In this document: positions 1 to 12,099 of the stretch, one piece after another
Layout of the letters: the number at the start of each line of letters is the position of its first letter
How positions within the stretch are numbered: the first letter of the stretch is position 1
Assembly: GCA_032718475.1 (NCBI GenBank)
Contig: JAUCBJ010003154.1
Span: 1 to 35,479, forward strand
DNA from: Nemertoderma westbladi
Taxonomy: Eukaryota > Animalia > Xenacoelomorpha
Reading direction: 5' to 3'
Length of the DNA stretch: 35,479 bases
Notes under the pieces: generated by a model
Told to the model about the DNA's origin: nothing
The model's database searches: none
What the model saw: the letters and a program-made list of their open reading frames with translations, nothing else
Program-made: the position numbers and the translations under genes

Positions 1-542
1 TTTAAATGTAATATACTAATAAGTACAGTATCATTATTCAATAATATTAATTATAATTAACTTTATATTGATAACTATTAACAAGAAAGATTACTAAAAT
101 ATTGCAGCAAAGACAGAAAGGCTGTATTGTTTTGAATAAATGATTAATGTTTCAACACCAACTAAATCTGCGAAAGTTGTTTACATCTGAAACTATCCAC
201 ATTTGCTGGGGCAATCACACAACTTCCATACCCGCCATCCTTCATCCTACTGTATATCGCATTTTTAACATGCCTTGGCTGCATACCGGTATGCCTGAAG
301 GCCTACTGCACTGCAATGTCATATGATGATACTGATACGTAACATGGCAACCTGATCCCCTATTGGCTATTTACCTATATCTCTTTCTCCTGATTGGTTA
401 TAGGATCAGGACAGACGTTTTATTCTACCTCGTTTTTTTTTAATGTCAAATTATCTAATTTGGTATTGGCGGTTATTTTCAGCACCGCTACAGCACATCA
501 GCAGTGCCTTTATTGGTGAGTGTTAATTTAACATAAACTAAC

Positions 543-718
543 GGGTTGTTTTTCGGCGGGTGGCCTAGACGCCGACATTCTTCGTCCCGTTACGTAAGGG
601 TCCGGCCCACCTCCTTCTGGTCCGTTGTTAGCGTAAGGTTGATCAACCCGAGGTAGGGGGGTGGAGTAGGTAAACTGAGGCAGAGGGGAATGACCACCAA
701 TTGGAGGGAACATAAAAC
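543..718 (-). CDS. Possible internal coding exon (Pro/Gly-rich), gene assignment unknown
   Basis: GC-richer open frame (GFMFPPIGGHSPLPQFTYSTPLPRVDQPYANNGPEGGGPDPY...) bounded on the - strand by an acceptor (gatcag|, exon starts 718) and a GTTAGT donor after 543. No convincing partner exon found. Confidence 0.35.
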
Positions 719-808
719 CTGATCGACACAAAATAGGTCGCCATGAACTAAAACTTATCGAATAGTTTCTGGATTACAGCAATAAGTCGAGGCAACATGT
801 GTGATGTT

Positions 809-904
809 ATATAATGTAATAGGACAATATGATAATGCTCTCGATAATGATGATTGATATTTTTCGCTAAGGAGAGCATATGATATTGTCCTATTACATT
901 ATAT
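809..904. mobile_element. Short palindromic MITE-like element
   Basis: Perfect 22-bp inverted repeat ATATAATGTAATAGGACAATAT (809-830 / 883-904), extended inward by atgctctc/gagagcat; TA-rich ends. Confidence 0.55.
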
Positions 905-1855
905 TTAATTCACCGTCACTCCACCCCACAACAATTCATTTATTATTATTGTGTAATGTTATGGTTAGAGCCCCAGAATAAACTCCAATAATTTTACACA
1001 TTTCAAATAATTTAACAAAATCCAGAAAATTACGGCTAGGGAAATATGCCTAAAATTGCGGTACTTCTGAATGAGTGATTGATATACAATTTGATGTAAT
1101 TTTTAAATGCATCAAAAATTGTGGAAGATCTAAGATAACTGGGGCAAATTATTATTTAATACAATCTATACCAAATACGGAAAATGCCACCAATAGAGTT
1201 ACCTTGTTGCTGGCAGGAAAGGAAGCGAATTAGGCTGATTACCACAGGACATCTGTGGACTTATAGAACAAATTACAAAATCCTCTAGCAATATGTTCTA
1301 GAGTCTAATGATTTCAGTGCTGCATTAATCTATAACTGATCACTTCACAAGGTATATTTACACAGGCAACAGCGGTGTAGGTCGTGTCACATTATGTGTG
1401 AAATCTGAAGTACTTGTTTCTTGGTGGTCCACTACTTCTTTTTCAAGGAGGTCAACTAATGAGCCCAGATAGGGGAAGGGGGATGGCAATCTCTTGTTTG
1501 CGATGAGAAGAAATGGGAAAGAAATTAGTAGCAGATGGACAAAACTTATACAAATTGTACCGGTATTAATAACTAATTATTACAAGTTGATTAAATAAAA
1601 TACAATGTATCTAAATATTAATTTACCTCTCAATTTAGTAGAATTATGATTTTTCAATTAAATACATAGTTTTACAATCCTACTTAAAAACGCCAGCACC
1701 AACAGAGCACAATTAATAGACGCGGATTAATGTACCACGAGGAATAAACTATCAGGTACAATAAATTAATAAAAATATTAATAAAAAATCAAACCGTTTA
1801 CTGTATGCAGTCGATAAAGATAAAACAAAAGAAAATTAGTGAAATATACTAATTA

Positions 1856-2073
1856 CTAAAAATATTGTTTCTTGCGTTCCGCCTTAGCTAGATTTCTCAT
1901 CATTTTTCGCTGCCTTTTCATTTCCTTCCGTTGCTGCTTACTGTAACCGTGGTAACGGTGTCCATCGGAAGACGAGCTAGAAGAGGAAGATGAAGAACTG
2001 GAAGATGAAGAACTTCGTCGGTTGTGTTTGTGCTTTTTGTGTTTGTGCATCTTTCGAGCGTGAGCTTGCCCCC
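1856..2073 (-). CDS. PRR13: Last coding exon of PRR13-like proline-rich protein
   Basis: Acceptor ttctccctactag| then a phase-1 frame GGQAHARKMHKHKKHKHNRR-poly(S)-DG...KKQYF*, in frame with ORF 1856..2050. The AH.KMHKH.KH...poly-S-D tail resembles the human PRR13 C-terminus as I recall it; not searched. Confidence 0.6.
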
Positions 2074-2377
2074 CTAGTAGGGAGAATATTAATAATGAAT
2101 CATGAGCGAGGTGTTAGTATACTAATCACTAATATATTGCTAATAACTAATGAAAAAAGTGAGAAATCAATAAATTTAATATGGAACATGAACTGTTAAA
2201 ATATCCTACTATTTTGTTATATTTTAAATCGATTTCCAAAGATGTACAAACAATTTCCATGTAATTAGGCAATGAATGAAATATGATCAACATTGTCTAA
2301 TATCTACACTTAGCGTTCTAGCAGCTGTCTAATTCTAATTCTATAGCATTGGCGATACTATCATAACGTACACTGAC

Positions 2378-2683
2378 CTGCTGGTAAGTGCGTCTGCCCA
2401 GGAAAGGGCATAGAGGAACCTGGAGGATAACCTGAATGTTGAGAGGGACCGGATGGGTACAGAGGTCCCCCTCCAATAATTGGTCCAGTTTGGGGGTACG
2501 GTATGCTCCCTTGCTCAGGGTAGGGGCTGGTACCAGGTTGAGGGTAGGGGTTGGCACCAGGTTGGGGGTATGGGTTGGCACCAGGTTGGGGGTAGGGGTT
2601 GGCACCAGGTTGGGGGCAGGGGTTGGCACCAGGTTGGGGGTAGGGGTTGGCACCAGGCTGGGGGTAGGGGTACCCTGGAGCGC
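2378..2683 (-). CDS. PRR13: Middle coding exon of PRR13-like protein (PYPQPGAN repeats)
   Basis: Acceptor tttcttaatag| at 2683 and donor CAG|GTCAGT at 2378; 306 bp, phase 1-1. Translates [20 protein letters not shown]...[49 protein letters not shown], a frame missing from the ORF track, and joins the next exon in frame. Confidence 0.7.
2518..2672. repeat. 24-bp coding tandem repeat, ~6 copies
   Basis: Unit GGGTAGGGGTTGGCACCAGGTTGG; encodes PYPQPGAN on the - strand. Confidence 0.9.
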
Positions 2684-4578
2684 CTATTAAGAAATACAGA
2701 TATATATATAAATATAAATAGTAACATATATATAAATAGAAATAGGACCAAAATATTTTCCGAAATATTAAAAAAAAAATTGAAAAAATAGTCTCATGAA
2801 ATGATGTGGGCTTAATTAAAACAATCGTTCACTGCAGTGACTGTCAAGGTCAGGTAATCAGGTTTAAAACTTGCCATAGCCCCATGGCATGGCCCAGCTG
2901 ATGAGCGAAATAGCACACATAATGGTGGGTCTTGTGCTCCAGAGTAGGTATGGGTGATGTCCCCCATGCCATATCTGACACTACTGCGACATCCACCCTG
3001 TGGAATGGCAAACCAGGATGTGGTATTTGCCACGAGAGCTGACTCGGCAAAAAAGCATCCCCTACCCCTAGTGGAATCCTTACAAAAAGTGCGCTGGATA
3101 GAAAAGCTAGAGAAAATCTAAATTTCAAGTCAAAATGCATCAGCCGCCACTGCGCCAGTTAAAAAAAAGATTAAGGATATTTTATGTGAATTACTGTGAA
3201 TAACACGGACCCCAACCCCCATCATCCGTCCATTGATAAATATGAATTAAAGAGATTAATTACGGTACGGTTCTAAAGGTGAAGGGATACAATTACATTA
3301 TATTGTACTTGGCCTACTTTTTACTTTATGTTTTCTGATTATTAAATAATTTATGTAGTTTAGTTAGGAATTACTTAATAATATTGCCAATCAACAGAAC
3401 TGACTTCAAGCATAGTATTATTTATTATGAAAAAATTAAGGAATACAATTTAAAAATTATGTATGACCAAGGCTGCAAATCATCATTGAACCACGCACAA
3501 TTTTTCAGCCTCGCTGCAATGTTGTCCAATACTACAATGTGTAGTGTACATACCAAGTAAATCACACAAAGTAAACATTAACAGCGCCATGAATACTGTA
3601 ATAAGACATGCAAGGAATAGTCAATCAGATATAGTTTACTGAATGTTAAACAGGTTGTTTAGCTATTGACAGAAATAATAGTATAAATAATAGTGTCAAC
3701 AGAAATTCAGTCCATCTTCAACAGGACTTCATCTCTGGAATAGATTGTTCTCGGCCGGGACCCAGTTCAAGGAGCGAAATGCAAAGCTGAGGACACAAAT
3801 TGGACCCTGTGGTCACAAGTCCCAGATAGACCATTTATTTTGAATCCATTATATATTCTGTTTCGTAATAAACACAGGAGTTCTATGCATGACTGTACAC
3901 GATTTTCTCTTCACACCTTCACCAGTGATAATCGTCTCATAGAGGCTAAGATAAATCAATGCCTTACAAGACAATACACTCTCTTTAAATATTTAAAAAA
4001 CAGAACATATCTTCCCCATTAGTTCAAATAGGCGACAAAACGATTAAACTCAAACAACAACACAATTTCTAGGTATATACACATACAAATTAAACTATCA
4101 AGGAAGACACACAACACACTGCATCCTTTCCAAAATGTCAAAATCATATGGAAATTTCTTTTTAAGTTAGGCCTACTTTATAATTTTCCACTTAGAATTC
4201 TTAGGCTACTGCTGTACTGTAAACAGTAACAGTACTACTCATTATTGTACTTCTCATATAGTATTATACTATGGGGAAGATAAGTGCATAATAAGTATAT
4301 AAATCCTATTAAAATTACTATAATGCCACACCTGGATACGTGCCATTAGTTTAAACCATTATCAGGCTCATTCAGCACCCATTTAGAAATCTCTAAAAAA
4401 TTCCCTATCGATTTAGTAGCCTTAGGCCTACCTATATGGCCTAGAATTGTCAAAATTTTTGTACGCCATCCGCTAGCCCGCAATGAAAAGAAACCGCAAG
4501 CACTTACTGTACTTAATTATTTCAAAAGACATCCCATATACATACACACAGTAATGGCAGAATGCAGGAATGACGAAC

Positions 4579-4732
4579 CTTGTTGTTGGTGATACGGCTG
4601 GTTGGCATGCCCATGCGATTGGCCAGGATATCCGTATTGATATAGGTTATTTGAATCAGGGGCGTTCATTGGTGGATATGCGAGTGATGGATTCCCGGTC
4701 GGAGTTGGTTCGTAGGGGTTAGGGTATGACAT
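4579..4732 (-). CDS. PRR13: First coding exon of PRR13-like protein
   Basis: ACCATG at 4732; MSYPNPYEPTPTGNPSLAYPP...HQQQ has the same P/Y/G/Q composition as the next exon. Phase-1 donor AAG|GTTCGT at 4579, with an alternative phase-1 donor GTATGT starting at 4545. Confidence 0.55.
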
Positions 4733-6967
4733 GGTAAAATGCAGCACTCAGAAAACAATGGAAACCAAGCTCAGACAGACAGAAGCAGGATACTGTCTGA
4801 CTGGGGCTGGGGTATCAGTGTATGTAGGCCTATGTCTATCAGTCTGTCAGTTCAGCAGTTATCTTATCACATACAGACATAACATACAGGCATAGCCTAC
4901 CCCTGTACCGTACCCCTAGGCCTACCGTTAACTGTATTAAGGTTTGTATAATAGGCACATCAACCACGAAGATCACGAAGGTCTCTTAAACGCTCGTGCT
5001 GCTATGTGCTGTTCAATACACCAATAGAAACAATACGCTAACTGGCTAACGCCTAACGCTAGGCCTACCCCTTTCTGCCATTTTACTGCAGTCAGCAGTC
5101 AGGCAGTGTACCGGTACTATACGTACAGCTGTACAGTAGTATAGTGCTGATGGAAAGACAAAATTGGACCAAAAGTCCAAAATTGGATGCGCAAAACTTT
5201 AAATGACGGTTGTCTTTGTGGTGCACCGTGAAATTTTCTCGTGCACGGTTACTGAGGTTAAAACTCTTATTTTGTAGTAAAGAACATGTACAGACAGATG
5301 TAGGTTAAATTTCAGATCCCGTCCGAAAAAATTGTAGGCCGTGGAAAATTCACTGTAATTCATATCAAAATTAATTCCGATATTGGAATGGAAGTCCAAT
5401 TTTGACAAGTCCAAAATCGCCTACCGGTATACTGGTATATCACCGACTGGCAGTGGTCTGGTGGTAACCCGTCTGCCCGTATCGTCAGATCGTTTTCCAA
5501 TTTTCATGTACCAAGTATACCTGTATACAGACAGACATATATACCGGTACAGGTAGACCTAGTGCCTGAGTGCAGTTGTGATATAACAGTCTGCTAGGGG
5601 TCCGGTAAACAGGTAAATCCTTACCAAATGGGCTGTTACCTGTTACCTCTCTCTGAGTCTCTGACTGACAGCGTGACAGCCCCTATCTGCCTATAGCTGT
5701 ATAGGGAAAATGGCCCATTTCAGCATTTGCCATTACTGCATTATGAATGATCAGTAGGCCTACAGTCTGACAATACTACACGTACAGCAGTCAGGCAGTA
5801 CAGTATTACAGTATTATGAGTACAGTCAGACAGTGGTCTGGCAGCCATGGTCAATGTATTACTGATTCTGGGGGCAGTGGCAGCCCTGGGCCACACCATG
5901 GCACATGGGGTATTCTATATTAAACTTTTACTGAACATTTTATATACCTCAGTACATATTACTACAAATGCCTGTACTTCAGTACTTCATTACAATTAAT
6001 TTTCTGATTGGCCATTCACTACCCGTCTGCCCGTACATTGTATTATTTACAATGTAATAATACAAACATACAAGACACTGTCTGTCTCTGTCATACTGTG
6101 GCTGTGGGCTAATACAATATACTGTAATATAATATGATGATAATATGAACAAGAATACAATAATTAAAGTAGACCAAAAGAATACAAATTAAGTGTATTG
6201 GCGTGGTGGTGGTGGTGGTAGGGCCAAATTGCTAGCTGATAGAGTTTGAGTAGAATGTAGGATGTGATGGTAATTGGCCCTTGCTTATGCCAATCAACGT
6301 GTACAATATCTGGCAAACATATAATGAACTAATATTGTCTAATAGCCTAATTAATATGATGTACTATAAAGCAATCAGAAAATTAATTGTAATGAAAACT
6401 AACATTTGATTTGATATGTTAAGCAGAGCATAATTAGCTACTGTACTGTAATAAATGGCATGTAATCAAGCTTGCAATTACCTAATAAAGCACCTTCACG
6501 GATTACAATTACACAGAATAAAATAGTTACAAAATACTATTGTGTAGTACCCTCTCGTACCGGTAACCGTCGTACGCTCTCGTACCGGAGAAGGCAAGTT
6601 AATTTAATGTAACATAAACATAATATAATATAATAATATAATAAACATAATTAATTACTATTGCATAAAGGTACCTTTTGTATATCACTAATAGGGTGTA
6701 GGTGATCGCGCAGCCGCCTCTCTGTGCAAAAAATACATAGCTAAAAGGGCAGGGGGTTGCAGAAAAATGCTTATACGGAGTAAGCCTAGTAAGTATTGCG
6801 ACCCCATCTCCCCATTCCTTACTTTCTTGAACGATCAACCCAAGTGTAGCACATTGACCACTCAGAATAAATTTTCTTATCCGTTGAAATCATTAAATTT
6901 ACTAAATTATACTTTTATGATATTTATTGATATTGTGATATGTAGTGTCGTAAATTACGGTAATTAT

Positions 6968-7765
6968 TTAAGGGGGTTTATTTAAGGGGGTTTATTTAAG
7001 GGGATTAATTTAAGTAGCCCCTCTATCCGTTTCCGTCTATCAGTTTGTCCGTCAAAATTTAGAAGACAGACAGGCTATCAGACAGACACATTAGATACAA
7101 CCAAACATTAAAACTGACATCAGAAATGAAATCACCGACCCCGAAAACCCCCATATTGATAATTTTATTGAGTTGGTATGAAGCCATAGTGTCAAACATT
7201 ACAGACCGATTAGCAGACTACAGTCAGTCAGGTTTGAGCGGGAAGGTTCAAATTTTAAAGCAAATTATCTCGGAATTACATTTCACGATATTTCCATTTT
7301 TCAAAATACTACTCCTCCGCCGTTTTTCACCCAAATTCGATAATTTATGGCTCGTTTGAAAGGTTTTTTTAAAAACTTGAAAAATTATCCAGCACTTATT
7401 TGACAATTTTTTTTTTAAATATTATTGAAAATTTTTATTAATTTTATTAATTTTAATTAATAAATTTAATAAATTTACTTAAAAATTAATAATTTAAAAA
7501 ATCGGCTGGGTAATTTTTGTAGACGCGAAGGTGCTGAGTCCAAAAAAGTTGGTTTCAAAAAATTTGAATAAATATTAAGGGACTAGTAGTGCTGATAGTG
7601 AAATATTCAATTCCGCCACTCGCCGCCAGAGGGACACAACAAAATTTAAAATTTCAATTTTTGTTGGTCTTTGGCCTTCCCCACGTTGGCTGAACACCAC
7701 ATCACAGTGATATTGACCTACAACACGAAGTTAGAGTTGTTAACCCCCCCCCCCCCCCCCCTTAA
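6968..7765. mobile_element. Non-autonomous TTAA-flanked DNA transposon (Kolobok-like), left terminus triplicated
   Basis: TTAA-GGGG... on the left (three 14-bp units at 6968, 6982, 6996) and poly-C-TTAA (7762-7765) on the right. TTAA with purine termini is the Kolobok pattern. No ORF. Confidence 0.5.
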
Positions 7766-8637
7766 TTGTTTTAGTTACTGTAGAAAAACCTTTGTAACCC
7801 GCCCCTTTTCCCTCTATTGTTAACGAGATCGTTTATTGTTTAGATTATAAAGGCCCTCATCTGTAAGCTGCTCGTTTTCTTCATTGCTAATACAGCGTAC
7901 CTATATTATTTTGGTTATATTAATATTAGCTTCCTGCGACTCCACCCGCATTATTACTACACATTACGAACACAAATGCCGTATGAAAGAATTCGGAATT
8001 CTCGTTTCGCCCAGCAAAAGAGCGTAAGATAACATTTAGTCTATTAATCTACTGTATTAGACGTACGACATGGGCAAAACTACAGTATAGGCCTTCAATA
8101 CAGTAAAGTATACAGTATACTATCATTATCGTAGCTTTCTGCCCCGACAGTCGTCCGACCCTGACAACATTTATAGGATCTGCGTCGGTGACGTAGCATA
8201 GATCAGGCATGTGAAAGAATGTTTCTTGATACCGCCTTCTTCAGTGATGCATAGCCATAGATTTGACAATCATTTTTAATTTTCGTTTTCTGGGCGCAAT
8301 CAAAATTCAACCCTTGCCAGAGTAAAATCGAATGCAATAATAACAGCTGATTCAGAGCAAAAATTAAACTGTAACCTGTGCCTCATTATTATTTACTTTC
8401 GTTTATTGTTTTGGTTAGAATAGCGTGTACCACTGTATCCTGCTCCTTTCCCGAAAGTTAATCATTAACAAATGAAGATTCGAAGCCATTCGAATGGTTG
8501 CGTAAATTCCCATTCTAAAAAAGAAAAAAAATCTGACTCACGTCATTAGTCGAGAGGTGAAACTGTAGTATCTCCGTTTTAAATTTAATTCAACCTCATT
8601 AAGATTTGTCGAAACATTTGGGGTCACTGAATTGAGG

Positions 8638-8899
8638 ATTAGATAATAAGACACTAAGAAGATTTTGTAAGCTGACTTGGTGTGTGTAACAGTAGCAATG
8701 ATATCTCGCTACGCTCAGAAAGATAATATTAGTTCCTTCAATGATTGGTATAGGCCTAGCTGTACATACGAGGCAGGTTTACTAAACTGAATTAAGTATT
8801 AGATAATAAAAAAAAAGAAGATGGTGTAATCCAACTTGGTGTGTGTAACAGTAGCAATGATATCTCGCTACCCTCAGAAAGTTAATATTAGTTCCTTCA
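8638..8899. repeat. Direct duplication, period ~159-160 bp
   Basis: acttggtgtgtgtaacagtagcaatgatatctcgcta...aatattagttccttcaa at 8675 and 8834. Confidence 0.85.
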
Positions 8900-9127
8900 A
8901 AAGGTATAGCTTTACATGCAGTAGTGGCAACTCTGTAGTTGGCGACATGGCTTGAGTACAATTTGTTACATAGCTACACCATACCAACACCAGCACAGGT
9001 TCTAGTCTTATGTCTCACGTCTCCGCAGTCTAGCAGGATTGGCCTGACGGCATGGCCTGGGCGGAGGGCAGTGCAGTACAGTAGTAGTGCACAGTTACAG
9101 TAGGCATAAAATTAGAGAACATCTTTT

Positions 9128-10066
9128 CGACCTACACGTAGAGGTCTACGCGTAGCTGCGCGAAGTTTGTAACTTCCATTCCTGTCATTTACCAGTAGGT
9201 AAATGACTCACTGCCTTCCTAACAACTATGCGTAGGTGTTTTAAAACTGCGCGTAGGTAATTTGAAGCTACGCGAAGTTACGCGCAGCGGTCCTGATAAC
9301 AACGATTTTTCATTTCAGGTCCGGCAGGGCTTGAGTTGTTAGGCAAGTATCGGTATATGTCAGGTATCTGAATATCAGACAAACGGAATAACGGAATCGG
9401 TTGCACATCTCTCTACACAGCACTGGTAATTAATAATATTCGGCTCTCCGCTGTCACATAGAAACACAGGATGAATAAAACATTGACCTAAAATTCACGT
9501 CAATTGGATAATTTAAATATTCTACAGTACTATAAAGCTACCAGTCTACCGGTGAAGTGCTTAAACGAAAGCTGATAATATTCTATTAGTCTCCTCCCCC
9601 TTGACGATGGGTTAGCACATTAAATATAGCCTTGATCTCTCGTGAACAAACGAAATAAATGGCAATGGAGAATCGATAAGAACCATATCGACCTATTTTC
9701 TTGTAAATTATTTTTTAACTCTAAACATTAAAAACACATTTATTGAGCGCGTAACACATAGAGTAAAAAATAACGTAGCATAAAGTAGCAAAAAGTAGCG
9801 TACTGTATACCACACTTTACATGGCTGCAAGGGAGTATACATACTGTACAGTACAGGTATAGGCTAGGAGAAGCTTCTGTTGAAAGCATTTGATGGGTGT
9901 ATACACTGTCTGACTGTACATGTAGTCTATCGAACACACAGTATGTGTCTTATTTTAGTATTGTACCGCTTGGAATGTACTGTAGGCCTACTAATTATAA
10001 ACGTCGTATACGTTGGTTATGCGTAGCACCTACGCATAGTTTGCGTAGGACCTACGCGTAGGACCT
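9128..10066. repeat. Two clusters of TACGCGTAG-like motifs (9128-9290, 10007-10066), probable DNA-transposon subterminal repeats
   Basis: Repeated ctacgcgtag/ctacgcgaag/tatgcgtag variants; perfect 10-bp hairpin gtcatttacc-agta-ggtaaatgac at 9184-9207. Termini not resolved. Confidence 0.4.
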
Positions 10067-10166
10067 GTCCATGTTAAAACTCTGAAACAGGATGAATGCA
10101 GATGAACAGGGAAAATGTTTGCAAAAATTAAAACGCGTTGTGCGCGGTAAAATAATGGGCTGATGG

Positions 10167-10209
10167 GTGCGCGTGCGCGTGCGCGTGCGCGTGCACGTGC
10201 GCGTGCGCG
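10167..10209. repeat. (GTGCGC)n microsatellite, alternating purine-pyrimidine
   Basis: About 7 units seen directly. Confidence 0.9.
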
Positions 10210-10286
10210 GAAAAGGCCAAAAACGTGCGCCGTGCATCCACAAAGCAGGCCACATGTGCGCGCTTGCGCGTTCTTGCGCACCAAAA

Positions 10287-10551
10287 ATTACCTGTTTTTC
10301 TAAACATATGTAAGTACGGAAATTTTAATTGACCATTTAATACGGTAATATAAAACAATACAATTTAAAATCATTAAATTGCAAATCTAGAGTACGGGAG
10401 TACGCATATTGAAAGTACCCAACCCCCTTAATGAGGCGGGTCTTTACAGTATGTCGTCGTATGCATTCGTGGCAGGTTAATTCAACTATTTCTTATTAAC
10501 TACTCGGTCTGTCGGTTTCCGTACTTACATATGTTTAGAAAAACAGGTAAT
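10287..10551. mobile_element. MITE with 36-bp perfect terminal inverted repeats
   Basis: ATTACCTGTTTTTCTAAACATATGTAAGTACGGAAA (10287-10322) and its reverse complement (10516-10551); can be read as TA-CCTG...CAGG-TA. Confidence 0.75.
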
Positions 10552-10557
10552 GTTTTC

Positions 10558-11964
10558 TGTCGTTATTCTGGTACATGGATCCCCCCCCCCCCCCAAATTT
10601 TTCTACAAATCTTAATGAGATTGCATGAAATTTGAAACTGAGTTAGTTTCACCTCCCTCCTCCTTACTGGGTGAGCCAGAATTTTTATTTTTGCATTCAA
10701 TCTTTAGCTACAGTACAAGCGTTTGAAAAAGGTGTCTCCGGTGATATTTCACCAGTTACACTGCAGTTATTCATGAACCTTATCGCGATTTGTTGGTAGA
10801 AATAGAAAGCTAACCATGCAAGAATTCCAAAATGTAAAAATATTTGAATTTTGTTGTGCAATAGCTGAGATATGAGCGTTCAAAAGTTTCATGGTTTTGC
10901 ACCTGCCACCTGCGTGAGGCTGTTTATTCTATTAAATAAAAACACTATATTCTAGAACATTTTATTTATGTATGAATAGCTACATAATAGTATGTTTAAA
11001 GAAGCATTGCAATGTTGCCCAGCTATGTACGGGATAAACAAAATGTTCCAGAATATTATGTATTTATTAAATAGAGTAAATGGCGTGCAGGGGAAGCAAA
11101 TACATGCAACTTTCGAATGCCCATAATCTCGGCTATTTATCTACCAAATTCTTGTTTTTGTTTTCAAAATGTTTTTACATTTTTGGAATCCGTGCACGAC
11201 TAGCTTTAAGGGGGGGTGTACACCATTTTGGTCAAAAATATGTCGAATAATGGTATATTATAATGCACCATTGAATGGTGTTTCGAAATCTGAAAACCGC
11301 TATTTAATAGCTCTTTTAGTTTTCAAGTTATAACAATTTCCATTTAGGGATTCCTATTGAAATTACTATTACTATGTATAATGAAAGGTCGATTATCTCC
11401 AAATATTTTTTTTATGAAATTGTCAACTTCAAAACCCTACTACTTCTATAATTTTTGAGCAATTTGTCTGAAAGTTTCTGTGGGTGTCTAGATAGCCACC
11501 CTGCATAAAAGTATCAGACAACTTTTCGAAATTATTTGTTAATAAAATTTAATACAATTTTTATAACAAACCTAAAAATTTAGACTAAATTTGCAGCGCC
11601 ACCTAGCGGTGCAGAATTATTTTTACAAAATTTCGCCTGATAGTTATGTTGCCCCATCTTTGATCTATCATATAAAAAAACTTTCATGTGATTAGATTCA
11701 AAACTGTAAAAGCCTTAAATTAGTACTACTGTAACAAATCATAATACGATTGAAGAATAACTGTGGTGTGACTGGTGCAATTTCGCCGGAAACACTATTT
11801 TCAAAAGATTGTAGCTAAAGAATGAAAGCGAAAATAAAAATTCTGGCTCACCCAGTATGGAGGAGGGAGGTGAAACTATCTCTGTTTCAAATTTCATGCA
11901 ATCTCATTAAGATTTGTAGAACAATTTGGGGGTGGGGGGTGGTCCATGTACCAGAATAACGACA
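10558..11964. mobile_element. Foldback-type non-autonomous DNA transposon (almost wholly palindromic), interrupted by a nested insertion
   Basis: tgtcgttattctggtacatgga...ctacaaatcttaatgagattgcatgaaatttgaaac mirrored at ~11885-11964. Imperfect inverted similarity continues inward to ~10960/11040; the right arm is split at 11206-11718. Confidence 0.8.
11210..11714. mobile_element. Nested TTAA-flanked non-autonomous element (Kolobok-like)
   Basis: TTAA (11206-11209) GG...CC TTAA (11715-11718). Removing it restores the host foldback's symmetry. TIRs are weak. Internal similarity to the 7.0-7.76 kb element (ttcaaaa...ctact block). Confidence 0.6.
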
Positions 11965-12099
11965 CTATTCCAGGACATGGTGTAGTATGTATTACAGTAC
12001 ACGAAGTGGGGCCTTCGCGCAGCACGTGAAATGAGTTAATGCTAAGTATCAACTCGAAAGGATTATAAAAACATAGGAGAAGATTTTCCCGGAAAACGT

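Noticed and set aside
2318-2791. Four listed ORFs over the 24-bp repeat
   Set aside because: Alternative frames of a stop-poor repeat; the splice-consistent frame is the unlisted PYPQPGAN frame.
2898-2910. CTGATGAGCGAAA, resembling a hammerhead ribozyme core
   Set aside because: No room for a stem II loop, and I could not build stems I and III with a valid NUH cleavage site.
2812-3140. GC-richer intronic ORFs as an extra exon
   Set aside because: No convincing splice pair keeping phase, and composition unlike the flanking exons.
5155-5406. Possible MITE bounded by caaaattggac/gtccaattttg
   Set aside because: Only ~11 bp of inverted match and no TSD; too weak to call.
10030-10358. ORFs with RARARA, TRTRTR or HAHAHA runs
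   Set aside because: Translations of the (GTGCGC)n microsatellite.
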